This document shows positions 49,415-62,922 of a stretch of 64,000 nt of DNA, one piece after another. The stretch comes from Eledone cirrhosa (lineage: Eukaryota). Within the stretch, counting starts at the first letter, position 1, and each line of letters starts with the position of its first letter. The notes beneath the pieces were generated by a model. It did no database searches. It had not been told where the DNA came from and saw only the letters and a list, made by a program, of their open reading frames with translations. The position numbers and the translations under genes are program-made. Where the stretch lies: assembly GCA_964016885.1 (NCBI GenBank), contig OZ024762.1, positions 21,762,001 to 21,826,000 of the forward strand, written 5' to 3'.

Positions 49415-50696
49415 GTCTAATACCAACAGACCAATACCAGACATTTAGGCAACCAATAGTCTAATACCAATAGACCAATACCAGATATTTAGGCAACCAA
49501 TAGTCTAATACCAACAGACCAATACCAGATATTTAGGCAACCAATAGTCTAATACCAATAGACCAGTACCAGGTATTTAGGCAACCAATAGTCTAATACC
49601 AATAGACCACTACCAGGTATTTAGGCAACCAATAGTCTAATACCAATAGATCAGTACCAGGTATTTAGGCAACCAATAGTCTAATACCAATAGACCAGTA
49701 CTAGGTATTTAGGCAACCAATAGTCTAATACCAATAGATCAGTACCAGGTATTTAGGCAACCAATAGTCTAATACCAATAGATCAGTACCAGGTATTTAG
49801 GCAACCAATAGTCTAATACCAATAGACCAGTACCAGGTATTTAGGCAACCAATAGTCTAATACCAATAGACCAGTACCAGGTATTTAGGCAACCAATAGT
49901 CTAATACCAATAGACCAGTACCAGGTATTTAGGCAACCAATAGTCTAATACCAATAGACCAGTACCAGGTATTTAGGCAACCAATAGTCTAATACCAATA
50001 AACCACTACCAGGTATTTAGGCAACCAATAGTCTAATACCAATAGACCAGTACCAGGTATTTAGGCAACCAATAGTCTAATACCAATAAACCACTACCAG
50101 GTATTTAGGCAACCAATAGTCTAATACCAATAGACCAGTACCAGGTATTTAGGCAACCAATAGTCTAATACCAATAGACCAGTACCAGGTATTTAGGCAA
50201 CCAATAGTCTAATACCAATAGACCAGTACCAGGTATTTAGGCAACCAATAGTCTAATACCAATAGACCACTACCAGATATTTAGGCAACCAATAGTCTAA
50301 TATCAATAGACCAGTACCAGGTATTTAGGCAACCAATAGTCTAATATCAATAGACCCGTACCAGGTATTTAGGCAACCAATAGTCTAATATCAATAGACC
50401 AGTACCAGATATTTAGGCAACCAATAGTCTAATATCAATAGACCAGTACCAGGTATTTAGGCAACCAATAGTCTAATACCAATAGACCAATACCAGATAT
50501 TTAGGCAACCAATAGTCTAATATCAATAGACCAGTACCAGGTATTTAGGCAACCAATAGTCTAATACCAATAGACCAGTACCAGATATTTAGGCAACCAA
50601 TAGTCTAATACCAATAGACCAGTACCAGGTATTTAGGCAACCAATAGTCTAATACCAATAGACCAGTACCAGATATTTAGACAACTAACTGACTAA
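49415..50696. repeat. 44-bp minisatellite, ~29 copies
   Basis: taccaatagaccagtaccaggtatttaggcaaccaatagtctaa. Confidence 0.97.
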
Positions 50697-51450
50697 TACC
50701 AATAGACCAATATTTAGACACTATATATAGTAATACCAATAGACCAATATTTAGACACTATATATAGTAATACCAATAGACCAATATTTAGACACTATAT
50801 ATAGTAATACCAATAGACCAATATTTAGACACTATATATAGTAATACCAATAGACCAATATTTAGACACTATATATAGTAATACCAATAGACCAATATTT
50901 AGTCACTATATATAGTAATACCAATAGACCAATATTTAGACACTATATATAGTAATACCAATAGACCAATATTTAGACACTATATATAGTAATACCAATA
51001 GACCAATATTTAGTCACTATATATAGTAATACCAATAGACCAATATTTAGACACTATATATAGTAATACCAATAGACCAATATTTAGACACTATATATAG
51101 TAATACCAATAGACCAATATTTAGACACTATATATAGTAATACCAATAGACCAATATTTAGTCACTATATATAGTAATACCAATAGACCAATATTTAGAC
51201 ACTATATATAGTAATACCAATAGACCAATATTTAGACACTATATATAGTAATACCAATAGACCAATATTTAGACACTATATATAGTAATACCAATAGACC
51301 AATATTTAGTCACTATATATAGTAATACCAATAGACCAATATTTAGACACTATATATAGTAATACCAATAGACCAATATTTAGACACTATATATAGTAAT
51401 ACCAATAGACCAATATTTAGACACGCTATAGACCAATATTTAGACACACT
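50697..51450. repeat. 37-bp minisatellite, ~20 copies, related to the 44-mer
   Basis: taccaatagaccaatatttagacactatatatagtaa. Confidence 0.97.
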
Positions 51451-52037
51451 ATAGACTAATACCAAGGGACCAATATGGGTTATTTAGACACCATATAGAC
51501 CAAAATAAGATATATAGACAGGCAATAGACCCTCTCAGGATCCCAGCTTATTGGCTCTAGAGGGACGCCCATATCCCAGTTGATTCAATGGACTTCCTCA
51601 CACAACCCTTTGTCATCGTCAAGGGTACCACCTTCTTACTTTTCAACAGACACCCTCAACAAATTAGGCAGGTAGAGATGGAACGCCCCAATTATCCCGA
51701 TTGAATGGCGCCAACAAGTTATTGTCAAAGGATATGGCTACCACGTGATCCTCATTATGTCCAATGTGCAACCTTTTAAATAAAGGAAACTGTTCCTTTA
51801 CACACACACACGCGCACGCACGCGCACAGACACACACACATATACATATATATATTCATATATTTACACCCCCACCACATACACACATATATATGAAATA
51901 TATATATATATATATATATATGAATATTCAACGTACACCATGTTACGACCCAGCTTGTTATGGTACAATATACCTATTGTCCCCAAACTACATAAATAGG
52001 CCCTCTTGTAGGTTGTTTTATAGGCACCTTTTTCGGC

Positions 52038-52073
<36 letters not shown>

Positions 52074-52081
52074 ATAGGCCG

Positions 52082-52318
52082 AAAAATGTGATGAACATGG
52101 ATGTTGAGAGATGGGTGAAGAAGTGCCAGGAAATGCCAGTGGGGGTAGACCAGGAAAAACCTGGGCAAAGGTAGTAAGAGCTAACTTCAAATTGCTCAGA
52201 CTCTCAGAGGAAATGACGGAGAAACGCGGCGAGTGGAGAGATCCTGTGCTGAGAAGGACCCGTCCAACCCATGCAATTGTGGAAAAAAAATGGACGTAAA
52301 AACGATGATAATGATGAT
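52082..52318 (+). mobile_element. RTE-clade LINE 3' end
   Basis: GRPGKTWAKVVRANFKLLRLSEEMTEKRGEWR...RPTHA, then tggacgtaaaaacgatgataatgatg tail. Confidence 0.8.
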
Positions 52319-52864
52319 AGTGCTGTTTTGTAGTTTTCAACAATGTCTTGCTAATGTGACTTATTAATTCCAATATTTATAATATCTTTACTTGTGGGAC
52401 ATATTGATGTGAACATTTGCAATGAGCTAAAGTAGAGACTTTACTTTGTAATGTGTAAGTCATTCAACATTCTAGAAATATGTATACTACTAATGTAGTT
52501 CCCAGGAATATTCCGCATGAAAGAATGTGTGACAAGGCTGGCCGTTTCGTGCAAGTGGCTCAGCATTCCACAAGCATGATTAAACTTCACATAGTTTTCA
52601 GGAAGATTCGGCATGACACAGTGTATAACAAAGCTGGCCCTTGCGTGCAAGTGGCTGAGCATTTCACAAGCACATATGCACTTCACGTTGTTCTCAGGAA
52701 GATTCAGCAGAATGACAATGTGTGATAAGACCCACTTCTTAAATTACAGGAACAATTTCCAGCCTTCCCTTACATACAAAATTAAACCTACAGTCAGTAG
52801 GCACCTCTTAACCCAATATACACCCCATCCCACACACCCTACTCCATCCTCCCATTTCCATCCA

Positions 52865-53180
52865 CTGTGAAATGGTCGTGTCGGTGACAGAACAAAAAAA
52901 CACCCAGTCCACACAGTAAAGTGGTCGTGTAGGAGACACGGTAAAAAAAGCACCCAGTTTACAATGTAAAGTGGTCGTGTAGGAGACACGGTAAAGAGGC
53001 TCCCAGTTCACACTGTAAATATGGTTGGTGTTAGGAAGGGCATCCAGCCCTAGAAAACCCTGCCAGGGGCAGTTCTGTATGACCGAGACACGGTCTCCCG
53101 ACCAATCCCGCATCAAGTGGAACAAAACCGTCTAACCCATGCTAGCATGGAAGATGGACGTTAAACGATGATGATGATGA
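52865..53180 (+). mobile_element. Short element with RTE-type 3' tail and an internal ~57-bp triplication
   Basis: ggttggtgttaggaagggcatccagcc...acccatgctagcatggaagatggacgttaaacgatgatgatgatg; the tail is shared with 52260-52318. Confidence 0.7.
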
Positions 53181-53644
53181 ATTCATTTTAGCCAAGAGAT
53201 TGAACTAAAGTAACATGAAATAAAGTGTCTTGCTCAGGAAATACAATGGCGCCACCTGGAATCGAAACCATGACTGTTAAGATCGTTACATAAACATCTC
53301 CCAACTATTGGTTCGTCAAGTATGAAATTTGTAGAAATTTGTTTGTTTTTTTCTCTACAAATTTCATACTTGACAACCTAATACTAAGTCACTCACCTTT
53401 ACTAATACTACAGTAGCACTGTATTGGACAATGTAATATATTCGTATTAGGACAGGTACAGAGTAAGAAACGGTGTCATTGGTTACATGTAAACCACGTT
53501 ATCTATTGTATTCCCTAGTGGCCTTTTATTTCAAGGTATTCCATTGTTTAGTTGTTATTATGTGACAATACTTAGACATTGCATGGTTCTTATTGGTGAC
53601 TTTTGTTGGCTTTCTTGGTCGTTTTAGCTATTGACTCTCTTTTC

Positions 53645-53769
53645 TTTTCCTTTCTTTTGTATTGATAGGCACACAGGCACACACACACACTCACACATAC
53701 ACACACACACACACATACACATTGGCACATACATAGACACACACACACACACACAATACACATTGGCAC

Positions 53770-53802
<33 letters not shown>

Positions 53803-53915
53803 GACACATAGACACACACACATACACATTGGCACACACATAGACACACACACACACACACATACACATTGGCACATACATAGACACACACACACACACA
53901 CAATACACATTGGCA

Positions 53916-53957
<42 letters not shown>

Positions 53958-54160
53958 CACACACACATACGCATTGGCACACACATAGACACACACACAC
54001 ACACATACACATACACATTGGCACACACGCACACACAGACACACACACACACAAATACACATTGGCACACACACACAGACACACACAAATACACATTGGC
54101 ACACACATACACACATAGATACCTAGACACACACACACACATCGACATACACACGCATGC
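53645..54160. repeat. (CA)n-based minisatellite with cattggca interruptions
   Basis: Directly visible. Confidence 0.9.
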
Positions 54161-54251
54161 ATGTGCGTATATGAATGCATATATATATATATGAAGCAAG
54201 CACACACATGTGTGTGTGTATATATGTATAATTAAGCCTCAAACAGTCATA

Positions 54252-54293
<42 letters not shown>

Positions 54294-55325
54294 TGATTTG
54301 TAGGCAGTTGTGTTATGTTAGGTGTATATTGACGTTTCCAGGGTTCGTACGTATTGTGAATGGAAGTGTGCGTGTGTCTGTATATGTGTGTGTGTCTGTA
54401 TATGTGTGTGTGTCTGTATATATGTGAGTCTATGTGTCTGTATATATGTGAGTGTGTGTGAGTGCTTACATGAAAAGAGAGAGAGAGATTTGGAGAAGCG
54501 AAAATATATGTGAACATTCACACACACGCACACACACACGCGCGCAAACTTATAGAAACACACTCACGCATACACATAAATTGACATGCACATTCAGACA
54601 CATACACACGGGCAAATACTCACACCCACGGTCACACACAAACACTCATACAGACTAACACAAATACACACAAATATATATAGGTGAGAGCGTGTGATAA
54701 TATCATTCATTCGTTGCATATGTGAGCGCATGCGTACTTCTATTCCACCATATTGGAAATGATTTTCATTGAAGCCGGTTATATTTAGATTCCCTCAATA
54801 CATTCTATTTTTATTTTATTTTATCTATTTATTTATTTTTCCTTTTCTTACCTTTTTATGTCCGCCATTTTATTGTGTTTCTGTTGCACGGGTTTAGTCA
54901 CATATTAAAGCCAATCATATCGTTACACAGATCGAAATGCACAGCAGTGTGTGATTTCTAATCATTGATTACAATATAGCGTGCCTTTTTATTACTACAA
55001 TTGTATTAAGTACTCATTTGATCGAACCCTATTATTATTACGCTGGTTAATTTAACACCAACCTTCATTTTTTTTCTTTTTAAAGTTGATCAAGTGTTGA
55101 TGTTTTTTGTTTTGTTTTGTTCTATTTATTTATTTATTTATCTTTTATTGAACAGATTCGATATATAGATTAATATATTCACATATTTAATAACGTTAGA
55201 ATGTTAGACTCAAATAAACGTTACATTTCGTTACGCTGTGATGATTCATGTTTTGTGTGGGTGGTTTTAGTACTTGGTTAGCAACACAGGTAACTGATAT
55301 ATATCTATATAACTATATATATATA

Positions 55326-55376
<51 letters not shown>

Positions 55377-56207
55377 CGTTGAAAGAGATAGAAGGCCAAA
55401 CAATGCAAAATGGATTGTAAGATGAGGTAACGAAAAGTAAAAAGTTACCTCGTAATCGTTTTTTTTTTGTTTTGTTGTTGTTGTTGTTGTTATTTTATAT
55501 GTCCAATATTTCGGGACCTAAAATCCCTTCATCAGGGTTTAAGGAACCTCCAGTGGATAATGTTCTAATTTCCTCTCTTTGGGATAAAATTTTGATTTTT
55601 ATTTAAATTATTTCTAAGTCGGTTTCAAGCGTATTTTTATGGTTATTTCGCTTTCCATGTGAATGATATCAATTGGCAACCTTCTCTACTAATGTATTAA
55701 GTACCTTATTTAACAGTGGTTTCTAATTGATCAAAGTAATTTAAGGTTAGAATAAATTGATCAAGATAAAGTAATGTTTAAATTCATTGATCAGTTGTAA
55801 AAAAAATCATTGAAATTAATATATTAAAAGAAAACTAAGGTTAAAATTAATTGGTTAATATAAGGTAATCTTACAATCAATAAATGAATGTAAAACAACA
55901 TAAAACCCGATTTATGGACGTAAGATTAAAATTAATTGATCAAACAAAGCTAAGTTTAAAAGTAATTGGTTAATGCAAAGTAATATTAAAATGAATGGGC
56001 TCAACTTTGTCGACCTTCTCGCGATGGGCCTTGGAAACTGATCTCGATCAGGCGAACGACAATCGGAGACCAACTCATACGCAAGAAGATTAAAATTAAT
56101 ACATGAAGGTAGAGCAGCATTACATTTGATTTATCATCGTACAGTTAAAATGACTTAATCAAAGTTAAGACAAGGTTAAAATTAATTAAGAGAAGGCAAG
56201 GTTAAAA

Positions 56208-56532
56208 TTAAACGTGTCTTGGAGGGAACACCCAACAAATAAGGATCTCTATGGCAATAAACCACCTATCAGCAGGTAAATACGTGGACAGAGACTCAGA
56301 TTTGCTGGCCACTGTTGGCACAGCAAGGAAGAAATAGCAGGTGATGTGTTGTTATGAAGTCCATCTCATGGAGCAAGAAACGCTGGTCGTCCCAAGAAGA
56401 CATACGTCAAGCAACTTGAGGACGATACTGGATGCTGCACTGCGGAAGAACTGGCAAACGCTATGAGAGACAGAGATGGATGGAGGAAACGTGTCGTAGA
56501 AAGCCGAGCAAGCTCGACCTGATGATGATGAG
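56208..56532 (+). mobile_element. RTE/RTE-X LINE 3' end
   Basis: LNVSWREHPTNKDLYG...RLRFAGHC...GRPKKTYVKQLEDDTG...AMRDRDGWRKRV, (TGA)n tail. Confidence 0.85.
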
Positions 56533-56559
56533 TTAAGGCAAAATAAAAATTAATTGATG

Positions 56560-56955
56560 GAGGGAACGCGATACAAGCGGCCAAAATGAGGTTCATCCGA
56601 AGGGCCTTTGGAGTAACGTTATTCGATAGAGTAGCTCAGAGATCAGAGAGTCGCTCCAAGTAGAGCTGCTACTTCTCTGAACTGAGAGTTCACAGTTCCA
56701 ATATTACGAGCACGTGGTTAGAATGTCTCAGGAAAGAATCGCTGGACAGATTTTACGGGCAAAACCAACCAACAGGAGTCCTCGGAGTAGAGACTGAACA
56801 AGATAGTTAGATAACATCCAGTGTTGGTCTCGCTTGGGGATTCAGCCAAATCAATTGGATACGGTTACTTCTGGCTTGACCCACTGGAAGGAGAGTGTTT
56901 GAGGACACTGCCCCTACGACTCTCTCAGGAATAAGTGGGCAACGAAGAAGAATGT
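56560..56955 (+). mobile_element. RTE (Rex3/Expander-like) LINE 3' remnant
   Basis: IQAAKMRFIRRAFGVTLFDRV...YYEHVVRMSQERIA; frameshifted. Confidence 0.7.
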
Positions 56956-56959
56956 AATG

Positions 56960-57195
56960 TTGAAATTATTTGATCGAGGGAAGACAAGGTAAAAATTAAT
57001 TGGTCAAGGGAAGATAAGGTTAAAATTAATTGGTCAAGGGAAGGAAAGATTAAAATTATTTGGTCAAGGGAAAGCAAGGTAAAAATTAATTGGTCAAGAG
57101 AAGACAAGGTTAAAATTAATTGGTCAAGAGAAGATAAGGTTAAAATTAATTGGTCAAGGGAAGGCAAGATTAAAACTAATTAGTCAAAGTAAAGT
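56960..57195. repeat. 30-bp minisatellite (ggttaaaattaattggtcaagggaagacaa); decayed copies at 55720-56210
   Basis: About 8 clear copies. Confidence 0.9.
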
Positions 57196-57639
57196 AATAT
57201 CAAGACTTACTAGATTCGATTTTTTGTTAACGGTTCTTCATTGGTTAAAAGTGACTGATCAGTTTATAAGTATTGTAATGATAGATTCATTTGCTGATAT
57301 GATATAATTCACGTAATGATACCATATAGTCGACATAATGATATTATATAGTCCACATAATAATAATATATAGTCGAATGATGATAATGTCATATGAGGA
57401 TAGGATATTGTTTACGTAATGTTACGAATGTGTCACATGACTATGAGTTCTCGTGATAAGATATTTCCCATAATACTAAGTTCATATGATGTGAATATAT
57501 GTAGGCATCTTTCTATTTATATGATTGCATGTGAGTATATTTGCCTATATAAATGTATATGCTTGTATAGGATAATGTTTGTATTTACATGTATGTATAT
57601 ATGTGTGTGTGTGTATATATATATATAGATATAGATGTG

Positions 57640-59060
57640 TGTGTGTGCATATGTGTATGTAAATATATATGAATGTTTATATATATACACATATGAATGT
57701 GTGTGTTTGTATGCAAATATATATGTATGTTCATATATATACATATATGAATATATAAATGTATGTATGTGTGTGTATGTAAATATATATGTATGTTTAT
57801 ATATATATATATATGTATGTAAATATATATGCATATTTATATACATACATATATGAATTTCTAAATGTATGTGTGTGTGTATGTAAATATATATGTATGT
57901 TTATATATATATATATATGAATATATATATGTATGTATGTGTGTATGTAAATATATATGTATGTTTATATATATATACATATTTGAATATATAAATGTAT
58001 GTATGTGTGTGTGTAAATATATATGTATGTTTATATATATATACATATTTGAATATATAAATGCATGTGTGTGTGCATGTAAATATATATGTATGTTTAT
58101 ATATATATACATATATGAATATATAAATGTATGTGTGTGTGTATGTAAATATATATGTATGTTTATATATATATATACATATTTGAATATATAAATGTAT
58201 GTGTGTGTGTATGTAAATATATATGTATGTTTATATATATATATATACATATTTGAATATATAAATGTATGTGTGTGTGTGCATGTAAATATATATGTAT
58301 GTTTATATATATACATATTTGAATATATAAATGTATGTATGTGTGTATGCAAATATATATGTATGTTTATATATATATATATATATACATATTTGAATAT
58401 ATAAATGTATGTATGTGTGCATGTAAATATATATGTATGTTTATATATATATACATATATGAATATATAAATGTATGTGTGTGTGTATGTAAATATATAT
58501 GTATGTTTATATATATATATATACATATTTGAATATATAAATGTATGTGTGTGTGTGTGTGTGTATGTAAATATATATGTATGTTTATATATATATATAC
58601 ATATTTGAATATATAAATGTATGTGTGTGTGTGCATGTAAATATATATGTATGTTTATATATATATACATATATGAATATATAAATGTATGTGTGTGTGT
58701 ATGTAAATATATATGTATGTTTATATATATACATATATGAATATATATATGTATGTATGTGTGTATGTAAATATATATGTATGTTTATATATATACATAT
58801 TTGAATATATAAATGTATGTATGTGTGTATGTAAATATATATGTATGTTTATATATATATATACATATTTGAATATATAAATGTATGTATGTGTGTATGT
58901 ATGTGTGTGTGTATGTATGTGTATGTATGTATGTGTGTGTATGTGTATGTATCTATGTGTGTGTATGTATCTATGTGTGTGTATGTATGTATGTGTATGT
59001 ATGTGTGTATGTATCTATGTGTGTGTATGTATGTATGTATGTATATGTGTGTATGTATGT
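57640..59060. repeat. ~60-bp compound TA/TG minisatellite
   Basis: atgtaaatatatatgtatgtttata(ta)ncatatttgaatatataaatgtatgtgtgt is repeated. Confidence 0.92.
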
Positions 59061-59399
59061 ATGACACCTGTATGTATAACACCTGTATGTACCCATCTTA
59101 GACTCGCTCGGCTCTTCTCTCACCTGTCTTGATTAACAATATCCCGGCAGGTACACAACCTGACCCCGACACTCGCTTCCCCAATCCTCCTCAATTGAAA
59201 CATGGCTACCACCATCACCTCCACCTCCTGCCCCCTCTCCTCCTACGCATCCACCCCAACCATTGCTGTCACTTCCCACCCGTTTCCCTACCCCTAGATA
59301 ACACAATAGGGGGAACCTCTACGCTAGATATAGCAGCCAAATTCCTCACTCCTATTCCTCCACCTTACCACATTAAAAGTAAATACAAAAACAATATAA

Positions 59400-59587
59400 T
59401 TGTTTCTACTTGTTGGCACAAGGCCAGCAATTATCCCAGTGCATTACTGGTACTTTATTTTATCGACCCCGTAAGGATGAAAGGCAAAGTTAACCTCGGC
59501 GGGATTTGAATTCAGAATGGCGAGGGCCGTAACTCTATGCATCAAAGCATGGCGTCCGACCCTCTACCGATACTGCCAATCCACCGC
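59400..59587 (-). mobile_element. SINE family 1 (young copy)
   Basis: Consensus match. Confidence 0.9.
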
Positions 59588-59897
59588 TCTAATACAACAA
59601 TAGAAGTACTACATTAAATATCGTAGATAACCCACCCGCCCCTAAAAGGGGGTGAAGGCTATGGTTGGTAAAGGTATATCCACATATCTTCCAAGAGGGG
59701 CCGACGTCCTTTGAAAGAAAGCCCCCCGGGGGGGGGGGGGGTAGTGGTTAGTGCAGGTTCTGGAGCGTTGGTTGCTTAGTTCCATTCAAACTTTGATCGT
59801 ATAGACCTATGATAAAGGTCATTTCAGATCTGATCAATCCTACATTTGGGATCTATATCTACATCTAGATTATCCAAATTATGTATATTAAGGTTAA

Positions 59898-60036
59898 TGT
59901 ATGTTGATGCCCTAAGGACAGACACTGGTCTGTTGGAGACGCAGGACATGGCAGCGATAATGAGGGACAGAGACCGCTGGAGAGAACTCGTCCATGGATC
60001 TCGGGAATTTTACCCGCCTTAGATAGATAGATAGAT
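59898..60036 (+). mobile_element. RTE-X-like LINE 3' end with (TAGA)n tail
   Basis: YVDALRTDTGLLETQDMAAIMRDRDRWRELV. Confidence 0.7.
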
Positions 60037-60096
60037 ATTAAGTATTTCCGAAGAAAAAGCTAAGGAAAAAAGAGTGCTCTATGAATAAAACAGAGC

Positions 60097-60256
60097 TATT
60101 TAATTAGAAATTGAATAACACAATATATAACTACTCCATTACCAAAGGTTTCAGGACCCTAGACGATATTAACATACGTCTAAGTCACTCTAGGGTCCTG
60201 AAATTTTTGATAATGGAATAGTTATATATTGAGTTGTTTACTTCCTAATTAAATAA
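60097..60256. repeat. Imperfect fold-back (~63-bp arms)
   Basis: caatatataactactccattaccaaaggtttcaggaccctaga / tctagggtcctgaaatttttgataatggaatagttatatattg. Confidence 0.8.
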
Positions 60257-60267
60257 ATATATATATA

Positions 60268-61153
60268 CGAGGTGTGTCAGGAAAGTTCCAGGACTGATGT
60301 CACAAAAGATTTATTTCAAACCCAAACTTCACACTAAGAGTTTGCTCCTTCAAAATAATCCCCCTGGAGTCTAATGCAATTTTCCATCATTTTCTGTCAC
60401 GCTGGCATGCATTCCTGGAAGGATTCTTCCGGTATCCTCCGCAGTTCCGTCGTCACGGCCTTTTTGATATCGTCCACGTCTTCAAAACGGGTCCCCTCCG
60501 AGTCCTACTCGAAGATCCATGACTCATCACCGGTGATGACTGTCCCTAGCAAGTCTGGTTCGGTTTCAAGACGCTCGAGGATGTCCTGGCACACTTGCAT
60601 GCGTCGGCCCTTCTGGTCATCGTTCAGCAGTTTTGGCACCATCTTCGCGCAGACTTTCCGCATGTCCAAATCTTCAGTGAGAATCTTCCAGACGCTTTCC
60701 CTATTCATGCCCAACTAATTTGCCATCAGTCGAACAGTCAGCCAACGATCGCTACGCACCATCTGCCTGACGCGCTCAACGTTGACCTCAGTCCTGGTTG
60801 TTGAGGGCCTTCCGCTCCTGGGGTCATCTTGCACCACTCAAAATCACGTGAGCGTGACATCGTCTCATCCCCATACACTTGCTGCAGTAATCCCAGTGCT
60901 TCTGACGGAGTTTTCCCCAACTGTACCAGACACTTCAAGTTTGTTCGTTGCTCTGTGGTCATTGCTTGACGACCTGAAACAGAGGACATGTATATAAAAT
61001 TATGAAGAAAAAGGTTTGATCGCTGCAGAGAGCTAAGATTACAGTTACATACTCCAGGGAAATTACTTTGAAGGAGAAAACTCTTAGTGTGAAGTTTGGG
61101 TTTGAAAAAAATCTTTTGTGACATCAGTCCTGGAACTTTTCTGACACACCTCG
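60268..61153 (-). mobile_element. Mariner transposon, internally deleted, ~103-bp TIRs, TA TSD
   Basis: EQRTNLKCLVQLGKTPSE...QVYGDETMSRS / DDPRSGRP / LDMRKVCAKMVPKLL...VITGDESWIFE*DSE|GTRFEDVDDIKKAV...GDYFEG. Both TIRs are visible. Confidence 0.95.
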
Positions 61154-61177
61154 TATATATATATATATATGTGTGTG

Positions 61178-61208
<31 letters not shown>

Positions 61209-61457
61209 CTATATGTATGTGTGTGTGTGTCTATATGTATGTGTGTGTGTGTCTATATATATGTGTGTGTGTGTGTGTCTATATATATGTGTGTGTGTGT
61301 GTGTCTATATATATATGTGTGTGTGTGTGTGTCTATATATATGTGTGTGTGTGTATGTCTATATATATATATGAGTGTGTGTGTGTCTATATATCTATAT
61401 GTGTGTGTGTGTGTCTATATATCTATATATGTGTGTATGTGTGTATATATATGTGTC

Positions 61458-61539
<82 letters not shown>

Positions 61540-61543
61540 CATA

Positions 61544-61584
<41 letters not shown>

Positions 61585-61747
61585 AAACGTGTGTATGTGT
61601 GAGTGTGTATATATATATGCGTGTGTATATATATATATATATATATTCATGTATATAAGTGTGTATGTGTAAGTATGTGATATGTAATCATCACTGGATA
61701 AAAGTTCTGTAATATCGAACATCTTAAGACCTTTAATGATCATCATT

Positions 61748-61890
61748 AGTTACGGCCCTTGCCATTCTGAGTTCAAAACCGCCGAGGTTAACTTTGCCTT
61801 TCATCCTTACGGGGTCGATAAAATAAAGTACCAGTAATGTACTGGGTAATTGCTGGCCTTGTGCCAAAAGTAGAAACAATTATTATTATT
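61748..61890 (+). mobile_element. SINE family 1, 5'-truncated, with duplicated tail (61916-61960)
   Basis: Consensus match. Confidence 0.88.
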
Positions 61891-62286
61891 AAACCATCAT
61901 TATTAATATTATTATTCTGGCCTTGTGCCAAGAGTAGAAACAATTATTATTATTATTATTATTTATTTATTTATTTTTAATTTAATTTATTTATCTATTT
62001 TGAAAATAAAACTCTAACCACTTTAGATCTCCCTTCCCTGATTAATGGAAGTCATATTTAATGGACTTCCAATGATGAAAACACTTTCAAGTGATTGCAT
62101 AATTTACTCAATGAAAAGAAAACATTAGCCAGACATTTGAAATTGTATTAAATTAAAAAATATTATTTTGGAATACGTTAAATTATATTGCTTTTAAATT
62201 TGTTCTTTAATTCTTCATGTTGTGATTTTTGGGGGCTGTAATTTATCCCCTCTGTTGAACAGAGCTCTCATTATAGACTTAGAGAT

Positions 62287-62692
62287 ACTCACTCAGACTC
62301 AGAAACTCCCGCGTCTTGCGACGCATGAGGCAATCATAGTGTTCCATCGAGTTCGGTCAGCAGCCAGTTGCACAGCGTCCCGCCATTGTCTGTTTATCGC
62401 TCGCAGGTCCCTCTCAACTGTCTGGCGGCGCCAGTTCATATTGGGTCGCCCTCTCCGTCTGCTTCCCTGCGGGCTCCATTTAAGTACTTGGTTCGCCAGT
62501 CTCTCCGGGGGAAGTCCCAAAGCGTGTCCAAACCAGCCCAGGCTTCGCTTGCAGATGGTAGAAGAGACTAGCTGCTGGTTGGTGCGGTTCCTGACTTCCT
62601 CGTTTGTTACATGGTCACTCCATTTAATCCCCAGGATCTTTCGCAGACATCTGGAATCGAATGCGTCCAACTTCTTCTCTTAGCTGGTCTTA
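62287..62692 (-). mobile_element. RTE-clade LINE 3' end
   Basis: KLDAFDSRCLRKILGIKWSDHVTNEEVRNRT...LGWFGHAL...RRRGRPNMNWRR...AADRTRW. Confidence 0.92.
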
Positions 62693-62797
62693 AGAAACTG
62701 CAGCCATGAATATCCTATAGCGTTATTTTAAATACATTTTTATAGTCAGATCTGCAGCCATCTCTGTGTAGGGAAGGAGTTTACATATATATATATA

Positions 62798-62922
62798 GGA
62801 ACGAGTAGGACCCCGACGGCTGAGCTCAAGCCGTTTCGACGGCTAATTCTGGACTAAAAATTTTAGTCCAGAATTAGCCGTCGAAACGGGTTGAGCTCAG
62901 CCCTCGGGGTCCTACTCGTTCC
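62798..62922. mobile_element. Fold-back palindrome inserted in (TA)n, same family as 5798-5923
   Basis: ~62-bp arms with 2 mismatches; TA repeats on both sides. Confidence 0.88.

Noticed and set aside
51649-51676. 22-nt micro-exon between ttttcaacag and gtagag
   Set aside because: Weak donor, length not a multiple of three, and no supporting context.
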